Source of the DNA: Eledone cirrhosa
Lineage: Eukaryota
Assembly: GCA_964016885.1 (NCBI GenBank)
Contig: OZ024742.1
Location: 280,984,001-281,048,000, forward strand
Direction: 5' to 3'
DNA length: 64,000 nucleotides
Shown here: positions 12,653 to 25,396 of the stretch, piece by piece
Numbering within the stretch: the stretch's first letter is position 1
Layout of the letters: the number at the start of each line of letters is the position of its first letter
Notes under the pieces: generated by a model
The model's database searches: none
Told to the model about the DNA's origin: nothing
What the model saw: the letters and a program-made list of their open reading frames with translations, nothing else
Made by a program: the position numbers and the translations under genes

Positions 12653-13402
12653 ATAAATAGAGTGAAAGATGAATGTTAGAGAGGTGCTGTTTGAATGGGT
12701 GAATAAAAGTGAGCAAAAAGAGACATCGGAAACGATCCATCGAAGACTAACCATATTAGTATACTCTGAAGTGTTCTATGAGCATGAGAAGGGTGATAAG
12801 GCTTAGTCAGTCAAACATTTAGTTAAATTGCGTCAATTTATCCATCCTCTGTACATTCTTACCTGTAGCAGATAATGCCATCACTATATATTATTTATTT
12901 ATTTAATCAGAGGTTGACACTTTAACTTTATTAATGAGATTCTTATTATATAGCTTTGATATGCCTTAGATATACTGATGCTCCAATGTTACAAGCTCGA
13001 GAAAAAGGACGTTGATGGTACCCTCTAATTTTGTTAGTGACGTAAATATATTTCACAATCGAACTATATCAGAATTAAGCATCACTTCTAGAATGAGGAG
13101 TAGATTGACACTATAATTTATTAACCATGAAATGAAGTGATTCAAACTTGACCAGGTTTGGTTTTGAATGGAGAACATTGAGCGTCTCAGCAAAATACTG
13201 TGGAACAAGTTGCACAACGCTCTAACGATTTCGACATCAAAGGTAAAGGTGTTCACATCAAATTGCCTCTTCAGTCTTGATCTAGTCATAACCGATAGAA
13301 GAACAGTTATGTGATATCTATAAGAAATGTATGCATGTATATCGGATAACATTTTAGCTATATATGTGATATGTTTAACTCTCGTAACGGGATTAGATGG
13401 TA

Positions 13403-13438
13403 GCAGTGGTAAACAATGTTCGAATACTAGTCATGATA
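13403..13438 (+). pseudogene. Internally deleted tRNA-His relic
   Basis: Unit flanks are present; only GC..GTGGTAAACAATGTTCGAATACTAGTCATG remains. Confidence 0.6.
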
Positions 13439-14627
13439 TGTGTATTTCTTCTTTTGAACCTGTATTTTAATAATGCATGATAAATTTTGTAAACAAAAAT
13501 TGTGTTTTAAAAACAGGGCTAATACCTCTTAAGTCGAATATTGCTCTGAAACGGACTGGTTATGAATATTTAATGTATAATTGTTTATAGTTCCTGAACT
13601 ATATCTGGGATGTTACCTCCTTGTTATAGGTTAAAGTAGTACCAAACCATAGTCAATTAATACAGTGCTAGTCAAATACCGAGCTCGGTTTCATTACCTT
13701 GTCCTTAATTTAAATGAGCTCTTTAAAGTATGTCGACTACGATATATTTGTCATCAGTGACATATGTAGAGGGTACGGCCAATGACCTTTTTCCAGAGCC
13801 TCTCGCATTCATGTATACTGTATATCTAAAACATGTAAAAACTATAAATAAAAGAGTAAATCAAGGCAGTTGAAGTTACTTTTCCGAAAAAAATATAAAA
13901 ATAAATATGTTGACATTATCTGATAAATATTAGAAAGTACGGCAGATAAATAAACTCTTCTTGTTTGAACTGAAATATTTCATATGGTCAACTTTGTCAT
14001 TTTCTAGAATCGTTGAAACAAATCACATTAATACTAATACATTTCCCAATTTAATAGTTTTTTTTCTCACAATGTGTCCGTCTACTTCTGACTCTGCCTC
14101 ACATTGTAGGCGAAAATTAGCCATACGCTGTCCCAGAGAGGGATACACATCCTATGGTTTAAATAAGCAAGGCTCAATATATGGATCTACGGCAACCGTA
14201 TTTATTCAAGGAGGAATTAATTTCCCATGTAATAATAACTACCGCGGCATCTATAAATACATATACATTCGAGCTAGTTACTGTCCAGGTTTGAACTTCA
14301 AATCACATGAACCTCGGTACATGATTGGCAGTTTATTTATTAACCCTTGAATGATGAAATTCGAATTTGACCAGGGTGAAATTTGAAGTGAGAACAGCCT
14401 GAGTGTTAACTAAATATTGCAAAAGATGTCACACTACTCTCTAATGATTTCGACATTCGGTATTCTCATCTAAATTGCTGTATTCACTCTTGGCCTACCA
14501 CATGTCAAATAAGCTTGTCATAGCGTTTAAAAGAACGGGGATATCTTGACAAATCAATGTATGCATAGCAAATAACTTTTCAGCAATATATATGATATTT
14601 TTAAGAATACGGTGGAGCTAGATGTTA

Positions 14628-14698
14628 TCCGTGATCGTCTAGTGGTCGGGACCCCCGCGTTGGCCGTGGTAACCCAGGTTTGAATCCTGGTCACGGCA
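14628..14698 (+). pseudogene. tRNA-His pseudogene, anticodon loop shortened
   Basis: TCCGTGATCGTCTAGTGG...CGTTGGCCGTGG (GT lost from the loop); GGTTTGAATCC in the B box. Confidence 0.88.
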
Positions 14699-14995
14699 TC
14701 TGTATCTTTCTGTGTTGAACATATATTTTAATAATGCATGTCTTATGACAAGATGACTTACGACAAAGATTGTGCTATAAATACAGAGCCACTACATATG
14801 AAGTTGAATGTTACTCTGAAATTGGCTTGTATTGAATATTTATTGTATATTTGTATATAGTTTCCGTTGTGCCAATTACACGGAACATAACTCTTTGCTA
14901 TAGCGTAACTTAGTTCCATAAGGCGTGCCTTCGTCATTTTAAACCAGGTTGAGGGTACTTCTCTCTGGTAGTGTACACTGTTGGTTTCTGTCCTA

Positions 14996-15042
<47 letters not shown>

Positions 15043-16317
15043 GAGAGGTAGAGAGGAGCTGTGTGAGTGAGTAAGTAAGAGAAAGTGAAAAGGGAGACGT
15101 CATAAAAAAGGATATTAAAACTGTATTAGTTTGATAAAGTTGCGATGGTGAAACATTCAGTTAAATTGGATAAATTTTATTCATCCTTGTAGTTTGTTAC
15201 ATGTTTCAGATCATGACAACGCTATATAATATATTTATTTTTTTAGAGAAGGAGCTTTAACTTCATTAAATAATCATATGTATAGCTTTGGCATGCTTTA
15301 GATATACAGACTGCTCGAATTGGTAGTGTCCTCTATTTCTGTTAATGGATAGGTTTTCTTTATATGCGGTAGGTCTAGATTTTGTGAGAATACATTTTCC
15401 TTGAATGTCGAAAAGCCTTGTACAACATGGTTTGCAATATTCAGTTAGCTCTCTGGATATTCTCATTTTAAAACCAGTACTGGTCAAGTTTGAATTTCAT
15501 CTTTCTATGGTTAATAAATAAAGTGCCAACCTTGTACCGATGTTGTTGTAATCAATTTACATCTCATTCTAGAAGTGATGTGTTACTTCTGATATAGATC
15601 GACTGTGAAATATGTTTACGTCACTAACAAAATTAGAGGGGACCATCAACCTCCTTTTTCTTGAACTTGTAACATTGGAGCATCAGTATATCTAAGGCAT
15701 ATCAAAGCTATATAATATGAGTCTCATTAATGAAGTTAAAGAGTTAACCTCTGATCAAATAAATAAATAATATATAGTGATGACATTATCTGTTACAGGT
15801 TAGAATGTACAGAGGATGGATAAATTGACGCAATTTAACTAAATGTTTGACTGACTAAGCCTTATCTTCCTTCTCGTGCTTATAGAACACTTCACAGTAA
15901 TACAAATACGGTTAGTCTTCGATATCTATTTTCCGACGTCTCTTTTTTCTCTCACACTTACTCACCCATTCACACAGCACCCCCTCTCTCTCTCTCTTAA
16001 TACGGTAATACAGGAAAAACCAGCCGTGTACAGAAATGTAGAGGTGCATGTTCCACCCTGTTTAAAATACCTAACGAACGTAATAAGGAACTACGACAAC
16101 CTTATGACACGAAGAGGAGTTTAGTTCCCGTGTCATTACTTGGACCTAAACTATTAACAAATATACATTGAATATTCAATATCAGCCAATTGAAGAACAA
16201 CTTTCAATCTCATATGTACTAGCCCTGTATTTAAAGCATAATATTTGTCATAAGACAACTTGTTTACAAAACGTGTAATGAATAATTTAAATATATGTTG
16301 AAAACTAAAAATACAGA

Positions 16318-16389
16318 TGCCGTGACCAGGATTCGAACCTGGGTTACCACGGCCACAACTTTGGGTCCTATCCTCTAGAATATCACGGC
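16318..16389 (-). pseudogene. tRNA-His probable pseudogene
   Basis: 3' half is identical to the intact gene; about 6 substitutions cluster in the D arm and anticodon stem. Confidence 0.85.
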
Positions 16390-17251
16390 TAACATCCGGC
16401 TCCGTTGAACAGCTTCAAAATAATATCTATATAGATAAAATGTTATTTGATATGCATACATTGATTTCTGCAAGTAAATACAGTTCTCCTATACACTATG
16501 ACTAAGTATTTTGACATTAGGTAGGTTAAAAGTGAAAGAAGTAATTCAGATGGGAATACATTTTACTTAGGCGTCAAAATTGTTAGAGAGTTTTGAAACA
16601 TATGTTACAATATTTTCTTTACTCTCTGGACGTTCACCTTTCAAATTTGAATTTCATCATTCCAGTGTTAATAAAATACCAGGTTGATATAATCAACTTA
16701 CTCCTCATTCCGAAAGTGTTGTGTGTGTTTTATTCATTTCGATTGTTAAATATTTTTCAGACACAACCAGAAATAGAGGACACGACAGTGTCCGTTTTGG
16801 AGGGGTTGGGGGTTGGAGTAGGTTGTATACGAAGTTGATTAATAAACTTACAGTTCCAGCTCTAAATAAATAAATGGATGACATAGAGATGATATTGTCT
16901 GATACGTGTCAGAAAGTAGGGTCGATGGATAAAATTGATTCAGTTTAACTGAATATGTGGTTTCGTTAAAATACGTCATATTAATACTAATAAAATGTTC
17001 ACTTCGATATCCATATCGTGAAGACTCTCTTTATCTTTTCTCTCACTCTTATACACCCACTAACGAAGCACTTCTCTATCTCTCACTCTATTTCTTATAC
17101 TCTCCCTCTCTCTCTTTCAATACAGGAGAAACCAGCAGTGTACAGAACCTGAGAGGTGTCTGATCCACCTCGTTTAAAATATCCAAGGGACACATAAGAC
17201 AATTTGTTACAAAAATTACTATTGATTATTGAAATAAATGTTGAAAGCAGC

Positions 17252-17340
17252 TACGGTGACTAGGATTCGAACCTGGGTCAACACGGCCACATCGTTGGGG
17301 GAGGGGGGGGGGGGGCTCCTCACCACGAGACGATCACGGC
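17252..17340 (-). pseudogene. tRNA-His pseudogene with poly-C expansion
   Basis: The CCCC before the anticodon stem is expanded (G-run at 17297-17315 on the + strand). Confidence 0.85.
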
Positions 17341-17999
17341 TAACATCTGTGTTTGTTACGCAACTTCAATATATCATCTATATAGGTAAAATGATAGCTG
17401 ATATGCATATTGATTTGTTCAATATATAACCAATCACCGATACACAATGAATAGGTTATTTGACATTTGGGAGCGTAAAAGTATATGAGTTAATTCAGAT
17501 GAGAATACATTTTAATTGTATGTCGGAATCGTTAGAACGCATTCGTTAGAAACTTTTGCAACATGTTTTGCAGTATTTAGTTAACTCACTGGATGCTCTT
17601 AACGAATGTCTCATCCTGGTCAAATTAGAATTTCATTATTCCAGTGTTAATAAATAAACTGCCAAACATGTACAGAAGTTGATATAATCAACTTACTCCT
17701 CAGTCTAAATATGCTGTGTGTGTTTTATTAATTTCGATTGTTAAATATTTTTCTGTCACAACCAGAAATAGATCACTCAGACAATGTCCTTTTTTGAGGG
17801 TCTCACATTTTGGAGCAGGTTCCATATCAAAGCTATAAATACGAAGCTGATTAATAAACTTACACTTCCAGCTCTAAATAAATAAATGGATAACATATAG
17901 ATGATATTGTCTGATACATGTTAGAAAGTAGGGTGGATGGATAAAATTGATTCAGTTTAACTGAATAACTGGTTTTCTTAAAATACGTCATATTAATAA

Positions 18000-18827
18000 C
18001 TAGCAGCGGTACTCGCCGTTGCACGGTATTTTGGAACACGAGCCGCCAACAGACCTAATCGTGGAAAAACTGCATGCCTGGACAATATGTAAAGAAAACA
18101 AACCGAATACTCTGAAGCAATTAGTATCAGGTATGCTTCTCCTTCCACGTGGAGAAAATCGGCTCGGTGCTTTTGGACTTTAATAAAGTGGCATGAGTCA
18201 GCAGGGCAGATGTCACCACTTATGTCAGAGAGAAGTCCGCAATGCATGAGCAAGGCATGACGTGCAATCGGACAGCATGTGGAGCCTTCTCCAACGATTC
18301 CACCGCACCTTAGTAAATTCTACGTCAGTCGGAAGGTACCACATAGGCAATTGTGTGAAGTTCGAGCGGGGGGGCTAGTTTAAGTAGGGTTTTTTGGGGC
18401 GATTCCAAAAAATGAATTTTTTTTATGTGCATAATATGCCTTGAAATTTCGAGAAAATCGGCTAGACGTAACTCCTCAAAGAAGCTCTAAAAAGCTGAAA
18501 AAAATGAAATATTTTACATAATGCGGGCCCTAGGCCATAAAAAAGTTGGATTTTCTTTGCTCACGGTATTGAGAAGAGACTGATTAATACATAGTTACAA
18601 TTTCAAGGAAATCGGTCTGACGTAACCCCTAAAAAGCTGAAAAAACGCAGTTTTTCACTTAATGTGCGCCCTAGGGATCAAAACGTTGAATTTGTTTATG
18701 TGCATAACACTCCCTGAAAGATAAGTGATACACATGTAAAGTTTGACAAAAATAGGTTACTTACTTATCGAGTTTCAGGGATTCACACACACGCACACAC
18801 ACACATCCTCAGTTTTATATATATAGA
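18000..18827 (-). mobile_element. Non-autonomous Helitron
   Basis: The minus strand starts TCTATATATATAAAA and ends CCGTGCAACGG...CTAG. Inserted between A17999 and T18828 with no TSD; sister units (~16985, ~19885) show the empty site. Confidence 0.88.
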
Positions 18828-19113
18828 TAATGAAATTTAACATTGATACCCATATCGTGACGACTGTCTTGTATCTTTTATGTCATTCTTATACACCCAC
18901 TAACGTAGCACCTCTCTATCTCCATCTCTCCCTTTATTTCCTATACTCTCTCTCTCTCTCTCTCTCTCTCTTTCTATTTCAATGCAGGAAAAACCAGCAG
19001 TGTAAGGAACCTGAGAGGTATATGATTCTCCTGGTTTAAAATATCCAAGGGACACGTAGGACATTTGTTACAAAAATAACTATTGATTATTAAAATAAAT
19101 GTTGAAAACCAAA

Positions 19114-19184
19114 TGCAGTGACCAGAATTCGAACCTGGGTTACCACGGCCACACCGTGGGTCCTAGCCACTAGACGATCACGAC
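19114..19184 (-). pseudogene. tRNA-His pseudogene
   Basis: Colinear with the intact gene; 1-nt deletion and acceptor-stem mismatches. Confidence 0.85.
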
Positions 19185-20160
19185 TAACATCTATGTTTGT
19201 TAGCCCGTGTCAATATATCATGTATATAACTAAAATGATATCTGATATGCATATTGATTTCTTCAATATATCACCAATCTCCTATAGATTATGACTAAGT
19301 TATTTGACATTTGGTAGCGCAAAAGTATATGAGGCAATTCAGATGGGAATACGTTTTAATTGCATGTCGGAATTGTAAGAACGCATTCGTTAGAACCTTG
19401 GGCAACATTTAATCGTTAGAACGTTGTGCAACAAGATTTGCAATATTTATTTAACTCTCTGGATGTTCTTAACGCATGTCTCACCCTGGTCAAATTTGAA
19501 CTTCATCATTCCAGTGTTAATAAATAAACTGCCAAACATATATGGAGGTTGATATAATCAACTTACTCCTCAGTCTAAATATACTGTGTGTGTTTTATTT
19601 CGATTGTTAAATATTTTTGTGTGACAACCAGAAATAAAGGACACAGCCAATGTCCTTTATTGAGGGTCTAACATTTTGGAGCAGGTTGTATTTCTAACGC
19701 ATATCAAAGCTATAAATACTAAGCTGATTTATTTATTTAGAGATGGAACTTACAGTTCCAGCTCTAAATAAATAAATGGATGACATATAGATGATATTGT
19801 CTGATACATGTTAGAAAGTAGGGTGTATGGATAAAATTGATTCAGTTTAACTGAATATCTCGTTTCGTTAAAATACGTCATATTAATACGAATAAAATTG
19901 AACTTTGATAACCATATCGTAACGACTGTCTTTATGTTTTCTGTCACTCTTATACATCCACTAACGCAGCAACTCTATATCCCTCCCTCTATTTCTTATA
20001 CTCTCTCTGTCTCATTCAATACAAGAGAAGCCAGCAGTGTACAGTACATGAGTGGTGTATGATCCACCTGGTTTAAAAATTACAAGGGACACATAAGACA
20101 ATCTTTTACACAATTTACTACTGATTATTGAAATAAATTTTGAAAACCAACTGGTACAGA

Positions 20161-20232
20161 TGCCGCGACCAGTATTCGAACCTGGGTTACCACGGCCACA
20201 ATGTGGGGTCCTAACCATTAGACGATCACGGC
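20161..20232 (-). pseudogene. tRNA-His, 4 substitutions including A-box and B-box positions; probable pseudogene
   Basis: Full length with GTG anticodon; only 7 bp (GATGTTA) of the native upstream flank remains. Confidence 0.8.
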
Positions 20233-20239
20233 TAACATC

Positions 20240-22224
20240 AAGGGTCGCCCTGTTGGACCCCAGTAGCCGAGGGTATGACCGTATCAGCAGCAAGGAGCAT
20301 GCTCGGGGCTCCATATGACAGGTAGGCCAGCGGGTAGGCAGAGGGGGCACGGCTAAGGCAAGCCTCGAGCAGATGATCCCGCCGTAAAGAGTTGAAGGCA
20401 TTCCTCATGTCAATCTTGACAATGAGGTGCCTGAAGTCCCTGGATGCCGGTTCCGATGGGCAGCTGTTGAAGAACTGCCTGGTTGCATGAGCGGCCCCCT
20501 TACAGCCACCGGACACGCCGACACCCAGTTGCACCGGATTAAATTCCACACCCAGTTTGTGTGTTACGGACTTGCAGATCACCTTGGCAGCCAGCCTCCG
20601 GAAGACATTGCCACCCTCTTTCTTCCTGAGAGCGGTGAGGCTGGCCGAAAAAAAGGGGCCTCGGTCGTAAGGATCCAGGGCACCATGGATGAGCCTATTG
20701 GTGAGTGCCCCAATTGCACTAAGAAGGCGGCGCCCGGCCTCAGTGGAGAGGGGAGATGTGAACTCCTTGAGGTGGCCTGGTCGGAGACCATCAACACCTC
20801 CGCAGCTGCTAGCTGGGAAGGACCTTGTAGCGGACATGATGTCTGCACCAGAAGCCACAAGGAGCAAGTGGAGGTCGGTAGGGGTATGGGTCTGAGATCA
20901 GTGGGTGGCTCAGGGTGTTTGAGTCGCAGAGCAGCCAGGAAATCCTCGGTGGTTTGGAAGACAGTGTCCTCTGAGGCAACAGCTCTGACTGTGGCCGATA
21001 CATCACCCATGATAAGCTTGGCGTTTACCTGGTCACGCAAACGCCTGGCGCTGGCCTCGGGGGTCGAGGATAGGGGGTACCTTAGGGTGAGGTGTGTGGC
21101 GTCCCTGGACACGCTTGGAATGGGCGCTCGCCCAAAGGACGAGACATTGGCCTTGACGAAGGCTGCTGCTGACCGGCCGCCCCGGTCAGCACCAGAGCGG
21201 GGGAGGCCGAGGGCGAGTGGGCCGAAATAGAACAGCCGCTCCCAGTCACTGGCTCAATTGGAGTCCAGGGCACTCTCAATCGAGGGAGCGATGGCATCGG
21301 CTGCCGGCACCCGTGCCTATCTCGGGATCCTGAGTGCGATCTTCCGGAGCCGCCTGAGCCAAGCGATGTTGACCAGCGAGGCTCGGGCGTCAGGCAAGCT
21401 CGCTATCCCATCTGGTGGTGTGCCAGACGGCCGTGGCTAGGAAGACGTGACGAAGAGGCAGCTCCTGCACCTCCACGCTGCGAGGGCATTGGAAGCTCGA
21501 CGACTCAAGCCAACGCAGGTGAGGTGGTGGAAGCAGCCGCACCCCCCAAGCAGTTCCGGTCCCACTTCCGTTTGTTAGTGGTGCTGCAAGTGCTGCAGGT
21601 GTCGGCTTGGCGGGGTGGGTGATGGGGCGTTGGGCCGGGGACTGGGGCACCGAGCGGCATCAGGGGTGGGTGGTTGGCGTGTGTGGGTGAAAGGGAAAGT
21701 GCTGGTAAGAGGGTCTCATAGCTCACCTAGAGGTGTCAGTCAGAAAACAAGAGAGAAAAGAAGGGGCTGCATGGAGGGGGAGACACAGGAAGGTAGAATG
21801 TTAGTAAATGAATGAGTGAATGGATGAATGTACAAAACAAAAGTGTGTGGGGTCGGAGAACATTGGGGGTTATTCCCAGCGGAAAGACCCAGAGTTCAGC
21901 ACGCACACATGCGAGCAACTTAGCAGTTTGTCACAGGACCTTGTGGCTGGAGGTGAGTCACTGATGCTGGGGTTAGCATTCTCTTGTTACTGGTAGAGTT
22001 GTTGTTGTTAATGTCACTATTGTCGTCGTTGCCTTTCTCTTGTTAAGGTGAAGATATAGAGCGAAATACAAAATCCACCAGCAGACAATTATATAAAAAA
22101 AAGTATATAGAAATAAAAGGTAACATTTCGATCTGGGATATAAATATTTGTTTTACATTTTCGCAAACATCGTAACGATATTCTCAATAGACGCGCAGCG
22201 TCAAATCCCACTAAAACTATGGCG
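20240..22224 (-). mobile_element. CRE-like (restriction-like-endonuclease class) non-LTR retrotransposon, 5' half only, decayed
   Basis: GC-rich island with RT motifs GGVDGLRPGHLKE, LTALRKKEGG..NVFRRL, QLGVGVSGG, KIDMRNAFNSLRRD, TGVQQGDP, then abrupt truncation. Frameshifted N-terminus with CxxC. The 5' boundary (22085-22224) is uncertain. Confidence 0.75.
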
Positions 22225-22989
22225 TGAGAGAGAAAACAAGAAACAGAGTGACAGATGACAGATGGGGAGGGGCTTCGTGCGTAGGTGAGCAAGTGTGGGA
22301 GAAAAGCGAGACTGTCAGAAAAAGAATAATGGAATACAAACCGTATTAGTATTACTGTGATGTGTTTTATCGCCACGAGAATTATGATAAGGTTAATCCA
22401 GACAAACACTTAACTAAACTAAATCTATTTTATCCATACACCGTGCCTTCTAACATGTATCAGATAAGTCAACACTATACTATTTATTCATTTGAGCAGA
22501 GGTGGAACTGTAGCTCCATTAATTTGCCTAAAATACACAACCTGCTCCATAATGAGACATCCTTAAAAAAGGACATTGGTTGTGTCCTCTATTTCTGGTT
22601 GTAACAGAAAAATATTTCACAGTCGACATACATCAAAAAGAAAACAACGCTTTTAGAATGAGGATTACATCGCCATGATTGGCACTTATTTATTAACCCC
22701 GGTATAAGGAAATTCAAATTTGACCAGGCAATACGTGAAGTGAGAATATTGAGAGAATCAAGAAAATACTGAAATACGTGTTGCAAAATTCTGTAACGAT
22801 TTCGACATACAAGTAAAATGTTTTCTCATCTGAATTACTTTTTTCACTCTTAACCTACCAAATGTCAAAATACTTGATCATAACGTATAGGAGAACGGCA
22901 ATTTCTTGCAGAAGTCAATGTATGCATATCAAATAACATATTATCTATATAGATATTATTTTGAATCCGTGTGACGGCGCCAGATGTTA

Positions 22990-23061
22990 GCCGTGATCGT
23001 CTAGTGTTTAGGTCTCCACGTTGTGGCCGTGGTAACCCAGGTTCGAATCCTGGTCACGGCA
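22990..23061 (+). pseudogene. tRNA-His, 3 substitutions (D-loop GG>GT, D stem); probable pseudogene
   Basis: Anticodon arm, T arm and acceptor stem intact; full unit flanks. Confidence 0.75.
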
Positions 23062-23681
23062 TCTGTCCGTTTTATTTTCAATATATATATATAAAGTAAG
23101 CATGATCAATTTTGTAAACTAGTTGGCTTTTGACAAAGATTGTGCTTTAAATGTTAGCATTTTCCTTTTTTCGCTTTTTTCAGAAAAAACTATAACATCC
23201 ATGATCTACTCTTGCATTTACAGCTTTTATATGTTTTAGATATACAATACGAGAAGCTCAAGACAAAGGACATTGGCCGTATCCTCTACGATATACAAAT
23301 ATATCGTAGACTAAATACTTTCGAAGATAACCATCTCTTTTTAATTAAATGCAAGACGATGAAATCGAGCTCGTTACTTGATTTGTCCTTTATTACTTTA
23401 CCATAGAATCCGACTAAGTCGGGATTTAATACCAGAACGTCCAGAGATATAACGAAATATCGTGAAATATGTTATCATCGTATCACATACTTCGACATCC
23501 ACGTTGAATATATTCCTATGTGATATGTCCTATTCACTCAAGACCTATCAAATGTCTTATAATCTAGTTATAATGTATACAAATCTGTGATTTAATGAGG
23601 AAACGAATGTATATATATATACTAAATAACATTTAACTATATAGATGATATTTTGAAGACTTGCGACGGAACTAGATGTTA

Positions 23682-23727
23682 TTCTGTTGTGACCATGGTA
23701 ACACAATATAAAATCATTGTCACATCA
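23682..23727 (+). pseudogene. Deleted tRNA-His relic
   Basis: CTAGATGTTA flank followed by GTTGTGACCATGGTAAC...GTCAC. Confidence 0.55.
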
Positions 23728-24961
23728 TTTGTGCAATATTATTTTTTATATTGTCAAAATGCATGTGTGCAGTGACTGCTCATTTGAGTTGAAGGATGTG
23801 GTGAAATAGGTTTGCATCTAATAAATATTCAATATAAGCTTTTATGAAGATGTAGTAGCAATAACAATATAATTTAAATCTTCACCGAATTGTTGAGATG
23901 TAGTTCCATACGGTGATATGTTGATATCATTATAAAGAATGTAGAGACCATTATGTAATTCTAAAGATTTGATGTTGAGATTAGACCCGTCTAACGTCTG
24001 TTTACAGCTATTGAGAGATAGAGACTATGATAGTTTTATGACCCTAATTGAGGACGATAACAGTCGGCGTGTTTTGGCTGCTTAATCTTCATATGGGGGA
24101 CAAAAAACTCTAGTGAGTGAACATCGTTAAATTTTCTCCCTCATATCAAGGATTTGAAGACAATTCAATCCGGAATAACTTATATATATATATATATAAG
24201 ATCAGGAAAAGAAAGAGGAGGGGGGGAGATAAACAGAGACGTCTGAAAATAGATATTGATGGAAAATCGTATTAGTATTTCTGTGACGTTTTAACCTCAC
24301 GAGAATTATGATAAAGTGGACTAGGTCAAATATTCAGTTAAACTGAATCAATTATATCCATCCGCTGTACTTTCTAACATGTATCAGATAATGGCAACAT
24401 TCTATTGTTTATTCATTTATTCAGAGATGGAACTGTAACTTTCTTAATCAGCTTCTTGTTTATAACTTTGATATGCCTTACATACACACCATGCATCCAT
24501 GTTTGAAGCTTAAGAAAAAGGACATTAGTAGTACCCTCTATTTCTGTTAGTGAGGTAAATATATTTCACAGTGGAAATATATCAAAAGACGCACAGCAAT
24601 TTTAGAATATTTTTACATCATTAACTTAAATAGAGGACACTACCATTGTCAGTTTTGTGGGTGATCTATCATTGGAGCAGTCAATATATGTAAGGCAGGC
24701 CAAAGCTATACATATGAATTAATTTAATGAAGTCCCAGACCCTTCTCTGAACAAATGAATATATAATATAGAATTGTCATTATATGAAACATGTTATAAC
24801 CTACAGCGGATGAATAAAATTGATTCAGTTTAACTGAATGTTTGACCAGGTCATCTTTATCATTATTCCTGTGTCGTCAAACCACGTCTCAATGATACTA
24901 ATACCGATATCTTTTTTCGGAGTCTCTCTTTTGTTTCACTCTTACTGAACCACTCACACTG

Positions 24962-25030
<69 letters not shown>

Positions 25031-25324
25031 AGGAGAGAAACAAACAGTGTAAAGAAAGTGAGAGGCGTACGCTTTGTCTGGTTTAAAATGTCGAATGCAT
25101 GCCATATGAACTACATAATTATATAACAAGAAGTTACATTCCAATGTATTTTCATCCCCAACAGCTATAAACATATATACAATAAATATTTAATACCATC
25201 TAATTTCAGAGCCATTCTCAATTTCTGATATATTGGCTCTGTATTGATAGCATGATCCTTGTCATAGGCACCTTGTTACGAAATTATGCATTATACAAAT
25301 ATGTTTTAAAAAAAACATTACAGA

Positions 25325-25396
25325 TGCCGTGACCAGGTAGCGAACCTTTGTTGCCAATGCCACAACTTGGAGACCTAACCAATTGACGATCTCGGC
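25325..25396 (-). pseudogene. tRNA-His pseudogene in a locally inverted unit
   Basis: TGCCGTGACCAGG...GACGATCTCGGC on the + strand; many substitutions. Confidence 0.82.

Noticed and set aside
14628-14698. Anticodon-shifted (TGG) tRNA
   Set aside because: The loop is shortened by a deletion, and G1 and the B box are also mutated; this is a pseudogene.
20233-20245. Native 3' insertion junction of the CRE-like element
   Set aside because: The junction lies mid-RT, with no YxDD motif, endonuclease or 3' UTR, so it is not a primary TPRT end.
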